DNA of 59,512 nucleotides from Alphaproteobacteria bacterium (GTDB lineage: Bacteria; Pseudomonadota; Alphaproteobacteria; Rickettsiales; SXRF01): NCBI GenBank assembly GCA_050249355.1, contig JBFWQQ010000002.1, positions 1-59,512 on the forward strand, given 5' to 3'. Shown here piece after piece: positions 1 through 8,660 of the stretch (position 1 is the stretch's first letter; the number at the start of each line of letters is the position of its first letter). Under the pieces are notes generated by a model. The model searched no databases and was not told the DNA's origin. It saw only the letters and a list, made by a program, of their open reading frames with translations. A program made the translations under genes and the position numbers.

Positions 1-638
1 AATTCCTTTTCACGCGTGTAGGAAATACTGCATTCGAACCGGCTGCCATCACCGAAATATTGTTCGATGACATGTCCGAGATAATTCACAGCCAGATGGA
101 AATCATGAAAACCCTGATGCTGAAGGCGCTTGATGATCCACTCCAATATCGGCTTGTTGCCGATCTGTACCATCGGCTTGGGAATGTCGGAGGTAAGTGG
201 CAGCAGCCTGCGGCCCTTACCGCCCGCCATAACCACAACCGGATTGGGCCGTAATGCATGACGCTGCCCCAACAACTCCTCATACGTAACAATGCTGGCA
301 ATAATGCCGTTCTTATCCAAGAGCGGGATCTGCCGGATCCCTGCTGCTTCCATCATGCCCAGTATGCTGTCGCGCGGGGTGTCGAGCGGCAGGGCATGTG
401 GCGCGGTATGCATGATGTCGGCCAATGGCGATTGCAGCGATTTCCCCCTGAGCAATCCACGGCGTATATCGCCATCGGTCACTGAACCGACCAGCTTGCC
501 TGCGCTATCGACAATAAGGGCGATGCGTGCATCGGTACGGTCGATAGTGGCAACAGCATCCAGTATGGTGCCCTGCTCCGACAATATAACGTCCGAGGCC
601 TTAACCTGCGGGTATAGAGTGCTCGACTTGCTATTCAT
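1..638 (-). CDS. CBS-domain sugar-phosphate nucleotidyltransferase, N-terminal 212 codons (the gene runs off the left edge)
   Basis: Absent from the ORF track because it has no stop in the window. My reverse-complement translation from the ATG at 638-636 stays open to position 1. It reads MNSKSSTLYPQVKASDVILSEQGTILDAVATIDRTDARIALIVDSAGKLVGSVTDGDIRRGLL (CBS-like pair), then VVVMAGGKGRRLLPLTSDIPKPMVQIGNKPILEWII (GxGxR nucleotidyltransferase loop). The architecture resembles PtmE-type enzymes of legionaminic acid loci. Confidence 0.75.
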   Translation of the reverse strand, partial: MNSKSSTLYPQVKASDVILSEQGTILDAVATIDRTDARIALIVDSAGKLVGSVTDGDIRRGLLRGKSLQSPLADIMHTAPHALPLDTPRDSILGMMEAAGIRQIPLLDKNGIIASIVTYEELLGQRHALRPNPVVVMAGGKGRRLLPLTSDIPKPMVQIGNKPILEWIIKRLQHQGFHDFHLAVNYLGHVIEQYFGDGSRFECSISYTREKE

Positions 639-743
639 GGCAGGCATCATAGGCATGCTTGAACCCCTTGCCAAGCAATTCCCACCTGATTTAGCTGAAT
701 TTTTTATTGAATGTTAACTATCTCCGGCTAAAAAGCATTTGTT

Positions 744-2063
744 ATGATGGCACAGGCTCTCGATTGGCGAACCGAACTTAAGGATTTCCTGTTCACCCGG
801 GACGCCCACCAACGCCTGTGGCAGATAGCGTTTTTTGCCACCCTGATGATCCCGCCCATGCTGATCGGTCATCGTACCGCCGCGGAATTCCTGACGTCGG
901 GCATCGGCGTACTATTCCTGCTGAATTGCGCCAGCAAGAAGGAATGGGGCTGGCTGCGTGATCCACTGGTCATTGTCCTGTTTGCTACGTGGGCATGGAT
1001 ATCGTTTGTTGTCACACCCCTGGCCTTCAATATTGAAAATTCCGCCTCGATCGCTTTTCCATGGATACGCTTTGTCATTTTCTTCGCCGCCATACGCCAC
1101 TGGGTTTTCACCGAGATTAAGCCTTTTAAGGTCATGGCATTGTGGATGGCACTTATTCTTATAATGATCGTGATCGATACCATGTGGCAATATGTGCATG
1201 GGTTATCACTTTCCAACCATTACATGAAAGATTCAGGCCGCCTGACTGGGCCATTCAATAACGTAAAGGTCGGCATCTACCTGTCGCGCATGACACTCCC
1301 TGTGATCGGATTATGCCTGTTCTTCTCCTTTGAGGAAGTACGCAAACGGCTGGCACTTACCACCTATGCACTGCTGTTCTGCTTCATACTGATGACCATT
1401 GCGGTGTCGGGCGAACGCACCCCGTTTAGCACAGCCAGCGTCGGTATTTTGGTGTCGTTGAGCATGATCGCCCTGCGTGAACACCGTTTGCGCAGCTTAT
1501 GCCTGGCACTTATTGCAGGTACGATCGGGCTGATCTACGTCATGATAGCCACACAGGACTGGATATATTCCCGGCTGGTCTACACCGTCGATTTGGCAGT
1601 GGATTTCCGCAATACCAGCTACGGCCAACTATTCTGGATGGCATGGGACATGGGCAAGGAACATATAGTAAGCGGCGTGGGCCTGAAGAATTTCCGGCTG
1701 ATCGCGGAAGAATATGTCACTCAAGGGCTGGCCAATCATCACAACCTGCATCCACACCACCCCTATCTGGAGTGGTTCGCCGAAACCGGACTGATCGGGC
1801 TATCAATGTTCATCGCGTTTATTGCCATGCTGTTCATCAGAACGATCCGTGTATTCACGAAATCAACCGGGCGTCAGACGCTGATCGCAGCGTTTGCCTT
1901 CGGCACGCTGGTGCTGTTGTTCTTCCCGCTGGCTCCTACCCAGAGCTTTTTTGCCAACTGGCCCGCCATGGTGTTCTGGTTCCCTCTGAGCATGGCGATG
2001 GCATCGCTGCGGCTTTGCGAAGAACAGGTCAATGAACCCGGTGTCCACCCAACACACGGTTGA
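744..2063 (+). CDS. O-antigen ligase / Wzy_C family polytopic membrane protein (WaaL-like or PglL-like)
   Basis: 439 aa with many hydrophobic segments. It has a large loop followed by HNLHPHHPYLEWFAETGLIGL, typical of the Wzy_C domain. Confidence 0.65.
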   Translation: MMAQALDWRTELKDFLFTRDAHQRLWQIAFFATLMIPPMLIGHRTAAEFLTSGIGVLFLLNCASKKEWGWLRDPLVIVLFATWAWISFVVTPLAFNIENSASIAFPWIRFVIFFAAIRHWVFTEIKPFKVMALWMALILIMIVIDTMWQYVHGLSLSNHYMKDSGRLTGPFNNVKVGIYLSRMTLPVIGLCLFFSFEEVRKRLALTTYALLFCFILMTIAVSGERTPFSTASVGILVSLSMIALREHRLRSLCLALIAGTIGLIYVMIATQDWIYSRLVYTVDLAVDFRNTSYGQLFWMAWDMGKEHIVSGVGLKNFRLIAEEYVTQGLANHHNLHPHHPYLEWFAETGLIGLSMFIAFIAMLFIRTIRVFTKSTGRQTLIAAFAFGTLVLLFFPLAPTQSFFANWPAMVFWFPLSMAMASLRLCEEQVNEPGVHPTHG

Positions 2064-3138
2064 GAAACTTGCGCGCCGGCGCTTCGTAGAAACGAAACAG
2101 CAGGTACGCAACTACGATCGTGATACAGCAGAATACCGGCAGCATCAGCCACAGGGAGGTGCCGGGGAGATATTCCTCGAATATGCGTGTCCCGTGTTTG
2201 AATACCAGATAATGGGTAAGGTACGTGCTGAACGAGATATCACCCAGGAATTTGCACCACTTCACGCCGCGCGGGGAAATATCCTGCACAATGGCGCACA
2301 GCAGCACCGCCAATGCGGACAGGAAGATTATCAGCGGGAAATGCCAGCCCCACAAGTAATCCTTGATGTCCTTGCTGGGAAAAAAGAACACAATGAAAAT
2401 ACACAGCACGATGCCCAGTCGTGCCAGCCATTGCTGCTCAGAACTCAGTCCCGCCGGCTGGTGCTTGTAAAAACGCTGGAATAAATCGGCGCATAATATG
2501 CCAGACAGGAAATATACGATAAATACCGGGAACTGGGTGTAGATCACCCACAGCGAGCCAAAATCCCCTTCCGGAAAAATACTGGCGACATACAGCTGGT
2601 TGATGCCCAGCGCCATCAGCGTCAGCACCAGCATGGTGCGCCAGCCGCTCAGGCACGCCCACAAGAGCGGAAATGCGATGTAGAACACCCATTCGATGCC
2701 AATAGACCAGCCGCCGGTAACACCCGACAACGCACCGGGATCAGAAAACCCGAACAGGAAACTGATATTATAAATAAAAATCTTCGCATGGCTGACGCTG
2801 GTGATGTTGCTGACAAATTTCCAGTTCACCAGCAGGTAGAGCGGAAAGATACGGGCAAAGCGCGACACGTAAAATGCGCGCAGGGATTGTTTGGAAAGTT
2901 CCGTATCGGCATATACATACCACATGGAAAAACCGCTTAAAATGAAGAAGATATACACGCCGAAGGTGCCGATCTGGTGCAGCTCGATCTGATTCCACGA
3001 TAAATAATGGTACACCATGATCATGATGGCGCATACGCCACGCAATGCATCCAGCATGTGCAGGCGGGGTTTGGATGCCTGATAAGGGCGCACGGGTGGG
3101 TTCATAAGGCGATATGGTCTGGTTGACGGTTGCCGCAA
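2029..3138 (-). CDS. Acyltransferase family 3 membrane protein (candidate O-acyltransferase, Lag-1/OafA-like)
   Basis: 369 aa and polytopic. The N-terminal motif MLDALRGVCAIMIMVYHY is characteristic of acyltransferase_3. The start could be an internal Met (3105 or 3057). The 3' end overlaps the convergent ligase-like gene by 35 nt. Confidence 0.75.
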   Translation of the reverse strand: MRQPSTRPYRLMNPPVRPYQASKPRLHMLDALRGVCAIMIMVYHYLSWNQIELHQIGTFGVYIFFILSGFSMWYVYADTELSKQSLRAFYVSRFARIFPLYLLVNWKFVSNITSVSHAKIFIYNISFLFGFSDPGALSGVTGGWSIGIEWVFYIAFPLLWACLSGWRTMLVLTLMALGINQLYVASIFPEGDFGSLWVIYTQFPVFIVYFLSGILCADLFQRFYKHQPAGLSSEQQWLARLGIVLCIFIVFFFPSKDIKDYLWGWHFPLIIFLSALAVLLCAIVQDISPRGVKWCKFLGDISFSTYLTHYLVFKHGTRIFEEYLPGTSLWLMLPVFCCITIVVAYLLFRFYEAPARKFLNRVLGGHRVH

Positions 3139-3188
3139 TTACTGTATATCTGAATCGTAAACGCAAGAAAAAACCGCAGGATAGCACT

Positions 3189-3950
3189 ATGCGCCGCATC
3201 CGGCTCATTCCCCGGCTCGATATCAAAGGCCCGAACCTGATCAAGGGCATCCATCTGGAAGGATTACGCAAGATCGGCGATCCTAATGAGTATGCTGTGC
3301 GCTACTACCAGCAGGGTGCCGATGAACTGCTACTGATGGATATCGTGGCGAGCCTGTATGGCCGTAACAACTTGTCGGACATTATCGAGCGCGCGGTTAA
3401 AACCGTGTTCATTCCCATCACCGTCGGTGGTGGCATCCGTTCGATCGAAGATGGCATCCACCTGTTGCGTTCCGGCGCCGATAAACTGGCGGTCAACACC
3501 GCCGTGGTCGCACGCCCAGAACTCATCACCGAAATGGCCGAACGTTTCGGCTCGCAATGCGTGGTGCTGTCGATCGAAGCCAAGCGCAGCGCCAATGGCA
3601 AATGGGAAGCCTACACCGATAATGGCCGCGAACATACCGGCAGGGACGTGGTGGAATGGGCCAAGCAGGCCATGTCACTGGGCGCAGGGGAGATATTGCT
3701 GACCTCCGTGGATAAGGAAGGCACCCGCAAAGGCTTCGATAACGAACTCGTGCAACAGGTAGCCAGCAGCGTATCGGTACCAGTGGTTGCCAGCGGCGGC
3801 ATGGGCAGCATGGAACACGCCATCGACGTGATACAGCACGGTATGGCCGATGCCGTTTCGATGGCAGACATGCTGCACTACAACCGCACCACCATTGGCG
3901 ACATACGCAGCGCCGTGCAGGCAGCCGGCATCAATGTGAGGGCGGCATGA
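3189..3950 (+). CDS. hisF: HisF-like cyclase subunit paralogue (WbuZ-type, glycan amidotransferase partner)
   Basis: RIRLIPRLDIKGPNLIKGIHLEGLRKIGDP and GADKLAVNTA are HisF (beta/alpha)8 motifs. I chose the ATG at 3189 rather than 3114, because 3114 would overlap the divergent acyltransferase start and add a non-HisF leader. Confidence 0.8.
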   Translation: MRRIRLIPRLDIKGPNLIKGIHLEGLRKIGDPNEYAVRYYQQGADELLLMDIVASLYGRNNLSDIIERAVKTVFIPITVGGGIRSIEDGIHLLRSGADKLAVNTAVVARPELITEMAERFGSQCVVLSIEAKRSANGKWEAYTDNGREHTGRDVVEWAKQAMSLGAGEILLTSVDKEGTRKGFDNELVQQVASSVSVPVVASGGMGSMEHAIDVIQHGMADAVSMADMLHYNRTTIGDIRSAVQAAGINVRAA

Positions 3951-4594
3951 GCAAAGTAACGGTGGTGGATTACGGTGCCAGCAACCTGCTCAATGTCGTG
4001 CGTGCGCTGGAACATTGCAACGCCGATGTGGAAGTTACCAACCACGCCCCCACCATTGCACAGGCGGGCAAACTCATCCTGCCCGGCGTTGGTGCATTCA
4101 GCGATTGCAGCAAAGCGCTGGCTGATCAGGGACTGGATGCCGCCATCAGCGATTATATAAGAAGTGGCAAGCTATTCTTAGGCATCTGCGTTGGCATGCA
4201 GATATTATTCGATAGCGGCGAAGAATTCGGCACGCATAAAGGCCTCGGCATCATTCCAGGTACCGTGGTGCGCATCCCCGATCATGGCCCGGATGGCAGC
4301 GGCCACAAAATACCGCACATGGGCTGGAGCGATCTCAGGAAAGCGCACGGCCCGTGGCAAGGCACGTTGCTGGCGCCGGTAGAAAAAACAGATCGCACCG
4401 TATCGGCGTATTTCGTGCATTCGTTCATGGGCAAGCCGGTGCATGCAGAGCATATTCTGGCCGATGTCGACTATAACGGCATCTCCATCTGCGCCGCTGT
4501 GCACAAAGACAACGTATACGGCCTGCAGTTCCACCCGGAAAAAAGCGGCGAAGATGGGCTGGCCATCCTCGGCGCATTTGTGGCGCAATCATGA
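3947..4594 (+). CDS. hisH: HisH-like glutamine amidotransferase subunit paralogue (WbuY-type)
   Basis: 215 aa. Has LILPGVGAF, GICVGMQ (nucleophile Cys elbow) and FHPEKSG (His/Glu of the class I GATase triad). ATGA start/stop overlap with the hisF-like gene. Confidence 0.85.
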   Translation: MSKVTVVDYGASNLLNVVRALEHCNADVEVTNHAPTIAQAGKLILPGVGAFSDCSKALADQGLDAAISDYIRSGKLFLGICVGMQILFDSGEEFGTHKGLGIIPGTVVRIPDHGPDGSGHKIPHMGWSDLRKAHGPWQGTLLAPVEKTDRTVSAYFVHSFMGKPVHAEHILADVDYNGISICAAVHKDNVYGLQFHPEKSGEDGLAILGAFVAQS

Positions 4595-5142
4595 AGCGGG
4601 TGTTCGATGTGGTGGTGGCCATAAGCATACTGATGCTGCTGTGGCCGCTGTTTTTGGTGCTGTGGCTGCTGGTGCTGCTCACCAGCCCGGGCGGCGGTTT
4701 TTATAAGCACCCGCGCGTGGGCCGGCATTGCAAAATATTCACATTGTATAAATTCCGCTCGATGGTGCAAGGCGCGGATACGCAAGGCTACCAGACACAG
4801 GCGGGCGATGCGCGCATCACCCCGGTCGGGAAATTCCTGCGCAAAACCAGCCTCGACGAGTTGCCGCAATTATGGAATGTGCTGGCGGGCGACATGAGCC
4901 TTGTTGGCCCGCGCCCGGACACGCCGATGCAGGAAAAAGATTACACGCCTGAGCAATGGCACCGCCGCCATAGCGTGCGCCCCGGCATCACCGGGCTGGC
5001 GCAGGTCAATGGCCGCAGCAACATGAGTATGGAAGACCGGCTGGCGTGGGATCTGCAATATGTTGAAACACACGGGTTTTTGTCGGATATCGTTATCATA
5101 TTCCAAACCATTAGTGTGGTAGCAGGCAAAGGGGTGAATTAG
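4591..5142 (+). CDS. Small monotopic phosphoglycosyl transferase (PglC/WbaP C-terminal-domain type initiating sugar transferase)
   Basis: 183 aa with one N-terminal hydrophobic helix. Motifs [26 protein letters not shown] and GITGLAQV are typical of bacterial sugar transferases. ATGA overlap with the hisH-like gene. Confidence 0.85.
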   Translation: MKRVFDVVVAISILMLLWPLFLVLWLLVLLTSPGGGFYKHPRVGRHCKIFTLYKFRSMVQGADTQGYQTQAGDARITPVGKFLRKTSLDELPQLWNVLAGDMSLVGPRPDTPMQEKDYTPEQWHRRHSVRPGITGLAQVNGRSNMSMEDRLAWDLQYVETHGFLSDIVIIFQTISVVAGKGVN

Positions 5143-5144
5143 CA

Positions 5145-5224
5145 CGTCATCGCGAGCGCCAGCGAAGCAATCCAGTATGTAAGCAAGCTGGATTGCTTCG
5201 TCACTAACGCTCCTCGCAATGACG
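5145..5224. repeat. 80-bp palindromic element (family R2: CGTCATYGCGAG...GCGAAGCAATCCAG / CTGGATTGCTTCG...CTCGCAATGACG)
   Basis: The left arm is cgtcatcgcgagcgccagcgaagcaatccag. The right arm is ctggattgcttcgtcactaacgctcctcgcaatgacg, its imperfect reverse complement. A second copy lies at 57383-57520. Confidence 0.85.
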
Positions 5225-5299
5225 GATAGTAATAAGAAATGCTTCAATATTTTTCAAAATCTACTATAAACTTATTAACCATCAATCGTTTGAGGGAAA

Positions 5300-6667
5300 A
5301 TGAGCAAACATTACGTAGTCATCGGCGCAGGGTTCCGCGGATTTTGCGACAGCCTGCAGCTACTCGAAGCCGGACACAAGGTCACCATCATCGACATGGC
5401 GCCGTTCTTTGGCGGCATATCCTACTCGGTCGATATCAAAGGCTTCGCGGTCGATAAGGGCGTGCACATGTTCGACTCCATTCCGCAGGATCTGGCCGAC
5501 ATCGTGACCGAGATTATGGACGGACAGGTGCGCACCATCGATTTCGTTTCGGTCAGTGCCTTCAACAAAAAACTCACCGACGGCTATTCCCTGCCCGACC
5601 TCGCCTCGCTGGATGACAGCGCCACCAAGCAAAAGATCAAAGCCGAACTGCTCGCATTGGCCAAACAAGGCGGCAGCAAGCGCACACCCCAAACACTGGC
5701 CGAACTGCTCGAAGACCGTTACGGCAAAACCGCGGGCGGCATCTATGCCGACATCTTCAAACATGTCTACAACATCGAAGCCGATAAGGCCCAACCGGAT
5801 GCCATTTCCAAAACCTCGCTGGGACGCCTGAAATTCCTCGACGATCCCGAGATGGTGGAACTCAAATCATCCGACCCGTGGCTGGACAGCGTACTGGCGG
5901 CGCGCCGCAAAGCCATCGGCAAGGTCGATGATCTGGTGTCGATCTATCCGGATTCCGGCGAAGCCATGCGCGGCTGGTGTGATCGTGCGGCCAAATGGCT
6001 ACAGGCCAAAGGCGCTACCGTATTGCTGGGCCAACCGATCAAGGCACTTGAAAATTCTGCCAAAGGCATCACCGTGGTCACGCAGGATCACCGCATCGAA
6101 GCCGACAAAGTGATCTGGACGAACGACAACACCAAAGCCCTCGCCCCGCTGCTGGGCTTCGATTTCGACGCGGGCACCCACATCTCGGGCACCCCGATGA
6201 TCTTTGCCACCATGATCACCAAAAAAGAACACATCAAAGATTTCACCTACCTGCAGAATTTCGATCCAGATGGCGTGACCTACCGCACCGCTTCGGCTGG
6301 CATCTATAGCGGCCAGACCCGCGAAGATGGCGCCAGCTTTATCACCTGCGAGTGCCCGGCGAACACCGAATCCGATGCGTGGAAAAACGCGCCGGATATG
6401 TTCGGCCCGATCTGGGAAGAATGCAAAGCGCTCAACATCGTGGCGCAAGAAGCCGAGCTGCTCGATCACCATATCCTGCGTGCGCCGGTAACTTTCAAAG
6501 TGGCCAAGCTGGGCTACGATGAGAAGATCGCCGAATTTCAGGCGGAAGTGCAAAAGCGCAACCCGCGCCTGATCTTCCGTGATGTGAAACCGTTCTTCCG
6601 CCGTGAGATCTGGCTGGATTCATTCAAACTACCGGAACTGGTTGCAACGGGCCGGGTGGCCGCATGA
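5300..6667 (+). CDS. FAD/NAD(P)-binding oxidoreductase (amine-oxidase / Glf-like Rossmann N-terminus), function unknown
   Basis: 455 aa. The N-terminus YVVIGAGFRGFCDSLQLLEAGHKVTIIDMAPFFGG is a GxGxxG dinucleotide-binding fold followed by an acidic residue. An SD-like gaggga lies upstream. Confidence 0.7.
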   Translation: MSKHYVVIGAGFRGFCDSLQLLEAGHKVTIIDMAPFFGGISYSVDIKGFAVDKGVHMFDSIPQDLADIVTEIMDGQVRTIDFVSVSAFNKKLTDGYSLPDLASLDDSATKQKIKAELLALAKQGGSKRTPQTLAELLEDRYGKTAGGIYADIFKHVYNIEADKAQPDAISKTSLGRLKFLDDPEMVELKSSDPWLDSVLAARRKAIGKVDDLVSIYPDSGEAMRGWCDRAAKWLQAKGATVLLGQPIKALENSAKGITVVTQDHRIEADKVIWTNDNTKALAPLLGFDFDAGTHISGTPMIFATMITKKEHIKDFTYLQNFDPDGVTYRTASAGIYSGQTREDGASFITCECPANTESDAWKNAPDMFGPIWEECKALNIVAQEAELLDHHILRAPVTFKVAKLGYDEKIAEFQAEVQKRNPRLIFRDVKPFFRREIWLDSFKLPELVATGRVAA

Positions 6668-7359
6668 GCATGAGCGCTGCCACCGACTATACCAGCCACT
6701 GGGACGAAAAGTTCAAAAGCCGCAGTTGGGGCCGCTGGCCGCCGGAAGATCTGGTGCGCTTCATGGGCCGCAACTTCAAGAACGCCGACAAATCCAAGGT
6801 GCGCGTGCTCGAAGTGGGCTGTGGGCCGGGCGCCAATATCTGGTTCCTGCAGCGCGAAGGTTTTGCCGTTTCCGCCATCGACGTATCGCCGACCGCCATC
6901 GAGCTGGCGGGCAAACGCCTTGCAGAAGAAAACAGCGGCAGCAACGCACAACAAGCCGACCTGCAGGTGGGTAATTTCCAAAAGCTGCCATGGGACGATG
7001 CCAGCTTCGACGTGGTGATCGACATTTTTGCGCTCTACGCCAACACCAACGAGGTCATCGCCAGCGCACTGGCCGAGATATCGCGCGTGCTCAAGCCGGG
7101 CGGCCTGTTCTACACCAAGCTGTGGGGTTCGAACACCAGCGGCTTTGGCGATGGAAAACAACTGGAAAATTCCACCTTCGACGAGATCACCAGCGGCCCC
7201 TGCACCAACATGGGCGTGTCGCATTTTTTCAGCCGCGATGAGATCGAAGCATTGTTCGGCCGTTTCTTCACACCACTGGCGATCGATACGATTTCACGCA
7301 GCGATGTGGTGGCCAACCAGCATATCGAAGAGTTTCACTGCCAGTTTAAGAAAGCTTAG
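6664..7359 (+). CDS. Class I SAM-dependent methyltransferase
   Basis: 231 aa. Motif I is VLEVGCGPGANIWFL and post-I is AIDVSP. ATGA overlap with the FAD oxidoreductase gene. Confidence 0.8.
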   Translation: MSMSAATDYTSHWDEKFKSRSWGRWPPEDLVRFMGRNFKNADKSKVRVLEVGCGPGANIWFLQREGFAVSAIDVSPTAIELAGKRLAEENSGSNAQQADLQVGNFQKLPWDDASFDVVIDIFALYANTNEVIASALAEISRVLKPGGLFYTKLWGSNTSGFGDGKQLENSTFDEITSGPCTNMGVSHFFSRDEIEALFGRFFTPLAIDTISRSDVVANQHIEEFHCQFKKA

Positions 7360-7361
7360 GT

Positions 7362-8549
7362 ATGCCCACCGTGGATTTTGTCACCCTCAGCCGCTCCGAT
7401 TACACCAGCCTGCGGCCGGTTGCGCTGGCCGCCCAACAAGACCCCAACATAGAAACCCGCGTCATTGTCGGTGGCAGCCACCTGCTGAAACGCTACGGCC
7501 ACAGCATCGACCAGATTAAAGAAGACGGCGTTCACGTGCATGACGTGGCAGACTTCCTCACCGAAGAGGACGACAGCCCGGAAGAGCTCGCCGCTGCCTA
7601 TGCCAAAGCCGCTGCCGAATGCGTGCGCATTTTCAGCAAAGACCGGCCGGATTATATTTTCCTGATCGGCGACCGTTGGGAAATGCTGGCCGTAGCCACC
7701 GCCGCCAGCTTGCTGCATATCCCGATCGTGCATCATTCCGGCGGCGATATCACACAAGGCTCCTCCGACAACCAGACCCGTTACGCCATATCGTGCCTTG
7801 CGCACCTGCATCTGGTGGCGCTTGACCAGCATCGCAAACGCCTGGTGCACATGGGCGAAGAAAGCTGGCGCGTGATGACCGTCGGTGAGCCGGCACTCAG
7901 CCACCTGCTGCAATACGAAGGCAGCGATGTGGATATATATAGCAAACTGAACCTTGCACCCGGCACACCGTTCGTGCTGTCCACCTTCCACCCTACATCG
8001 TTCGATCCGCTGCCGGCGGAACGACAGATCGATGTATTCCTGTCGGTGCTGAAGGGAATCAAGGAACATCTCATCATCACCGCACCCAACCCCGATAGTG
8101 GCAGCGACCTATTCCTGAAAAAACTGCGCACCTTTGCCGACAGTAGCGAGCATGTACAGCTGTTCGACAGCCTGGGCGCCAAGAATTATTATGCCGCCAT
8201 GGCGCACGCCAAATACATGATCGGCAATTCCTCCAGCGGGCTGTGGGAAGCACCCAGCTTTAAACTGCCGGTCATCAATGTCGGCCCGCGCCAGCAAGGC
8301 CGTGCGCATGGTGATAATGTGGAAAATGTTTCGCTCGACGATATCGAGATCAAGGCCGCCATCCACAAGGTCACGCGCCCGGATTTCAAGGCGTCGCTTT
8401 CCGGTCATAACCCATATGTACAGCCGAACACGGTAGAAGATATCCTGAACGTGCTCAAAAAATCGTATGACAAATCCGAACTCCTTGCAAAACGATTTGT
8501 CGACCCGCTTGCCCCACCTGTCCTATCCCCCTTGAGGGGGGAGGGTTAG
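7362..8549 (+). CDS. neuC: Hydrolysing UDP/GDP-HexNAc 2-epimerase (NeuC/LegG family)
   Basis: 395 aa. GDRWEMLAVATAASLLHIPIVHHSGGDITQGSSDNQTRYAISCLAHLHLV is the NeuC-type signature. The last ~9 codons (LSPLRGEG) are encoded by a GC hairpin repeat. Confidence 0.8.
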   Translation: MPTVDFVTLSRSDYTSLRPVALAAQQDPNIETRVIVGGSHLLKRYGHSIDQIKEDGVHVHDVADFLTEEDDSPEELAAAYAKAAAECVRIFSKDRPDYIFLIGDRWEMLAVATAASLLHIPIVHHSGGDITQGSSDNQTRYAISCLAHLHLVALDQHRKRLVHMGEESWRVMTVGEPALSHLLQYEGSDVDIYSKLNLAPGTPFVLSTFHPTSFDPLPAERQIDVFLSVLKGIKEHLIITAPNPDSGSDLFLKKLRTFADSSEHVQLFDSLGAKNYYAAMAHAKYMIGNSSSGLWEAPSFKLPVINVGPRQQGRAHGDNVENVSLDDIEIKAAIHKVTRPDFKASLSGHNPYVQPNTVEDILNVLKKSYDKSELLAKRFVDPLAPPVLSPLRGEG

Positions 8550-8550
8550 G
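8522..8550. repeat. GC hairpin repeat (family R3: CCTMTCCCCC-loop-GGGGGGAGGG)
   Basis: The sequence cctatccccc ttga ggggggagggttagg matches a related copy ccctcccccc att gggggagaggg at 48675-48698. Confidence 0.6.
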
Positions 8551-8566
8551 ATGGGGGTGCACCGCG

Positions 8567-8639
8567 TATTGCCCCCGCGAGAACCTGCTGATTTTCGCAT
8601 GGGGCGCGCTGAAGGCTCGCTCGGTCAAATGACCTCGCC
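8567..8639 (+). repeat. 73-bp palindromic element, family R1, copy A (intergenic, after the neuC-like gene)
   Basis: The sequence tattgcccccgcgagaacctgctgattttcgcatggggcgcgctgaaggctcgctcggtcaaatgacctcgcc aligns along its full length with the copies at 25658-25730 and 47184-47256. Confidence 0.85.
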
Positions 8640-8660
8640 TTTAATTCTACGAGCGTATAC

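Noticed and set aside
292-717. A plus-strand 141-aa ORF, together with the ORFs 60..254, 86..301 and 258..485, at the left edge
   Set aside because: Their translations are Cys/Ser/Arg-rich with no motifs. The opposite strand (1-638) reads open as a convincing CBS-nucleotidyltransferase, so these are shadow ORFs.
6538-8069. Long antisense ORFs (6538..7224 and 7356..8069). The same type occurs elsewhere (for example 30741..31505, 38013..38846, 58239..58991)
   Set aside because: Each one overlaps a gene with strong family motifs on the other strand. They show the Arg/Ala/Gly/His-rich composition typical of antisense frames in GC-rich DNA.
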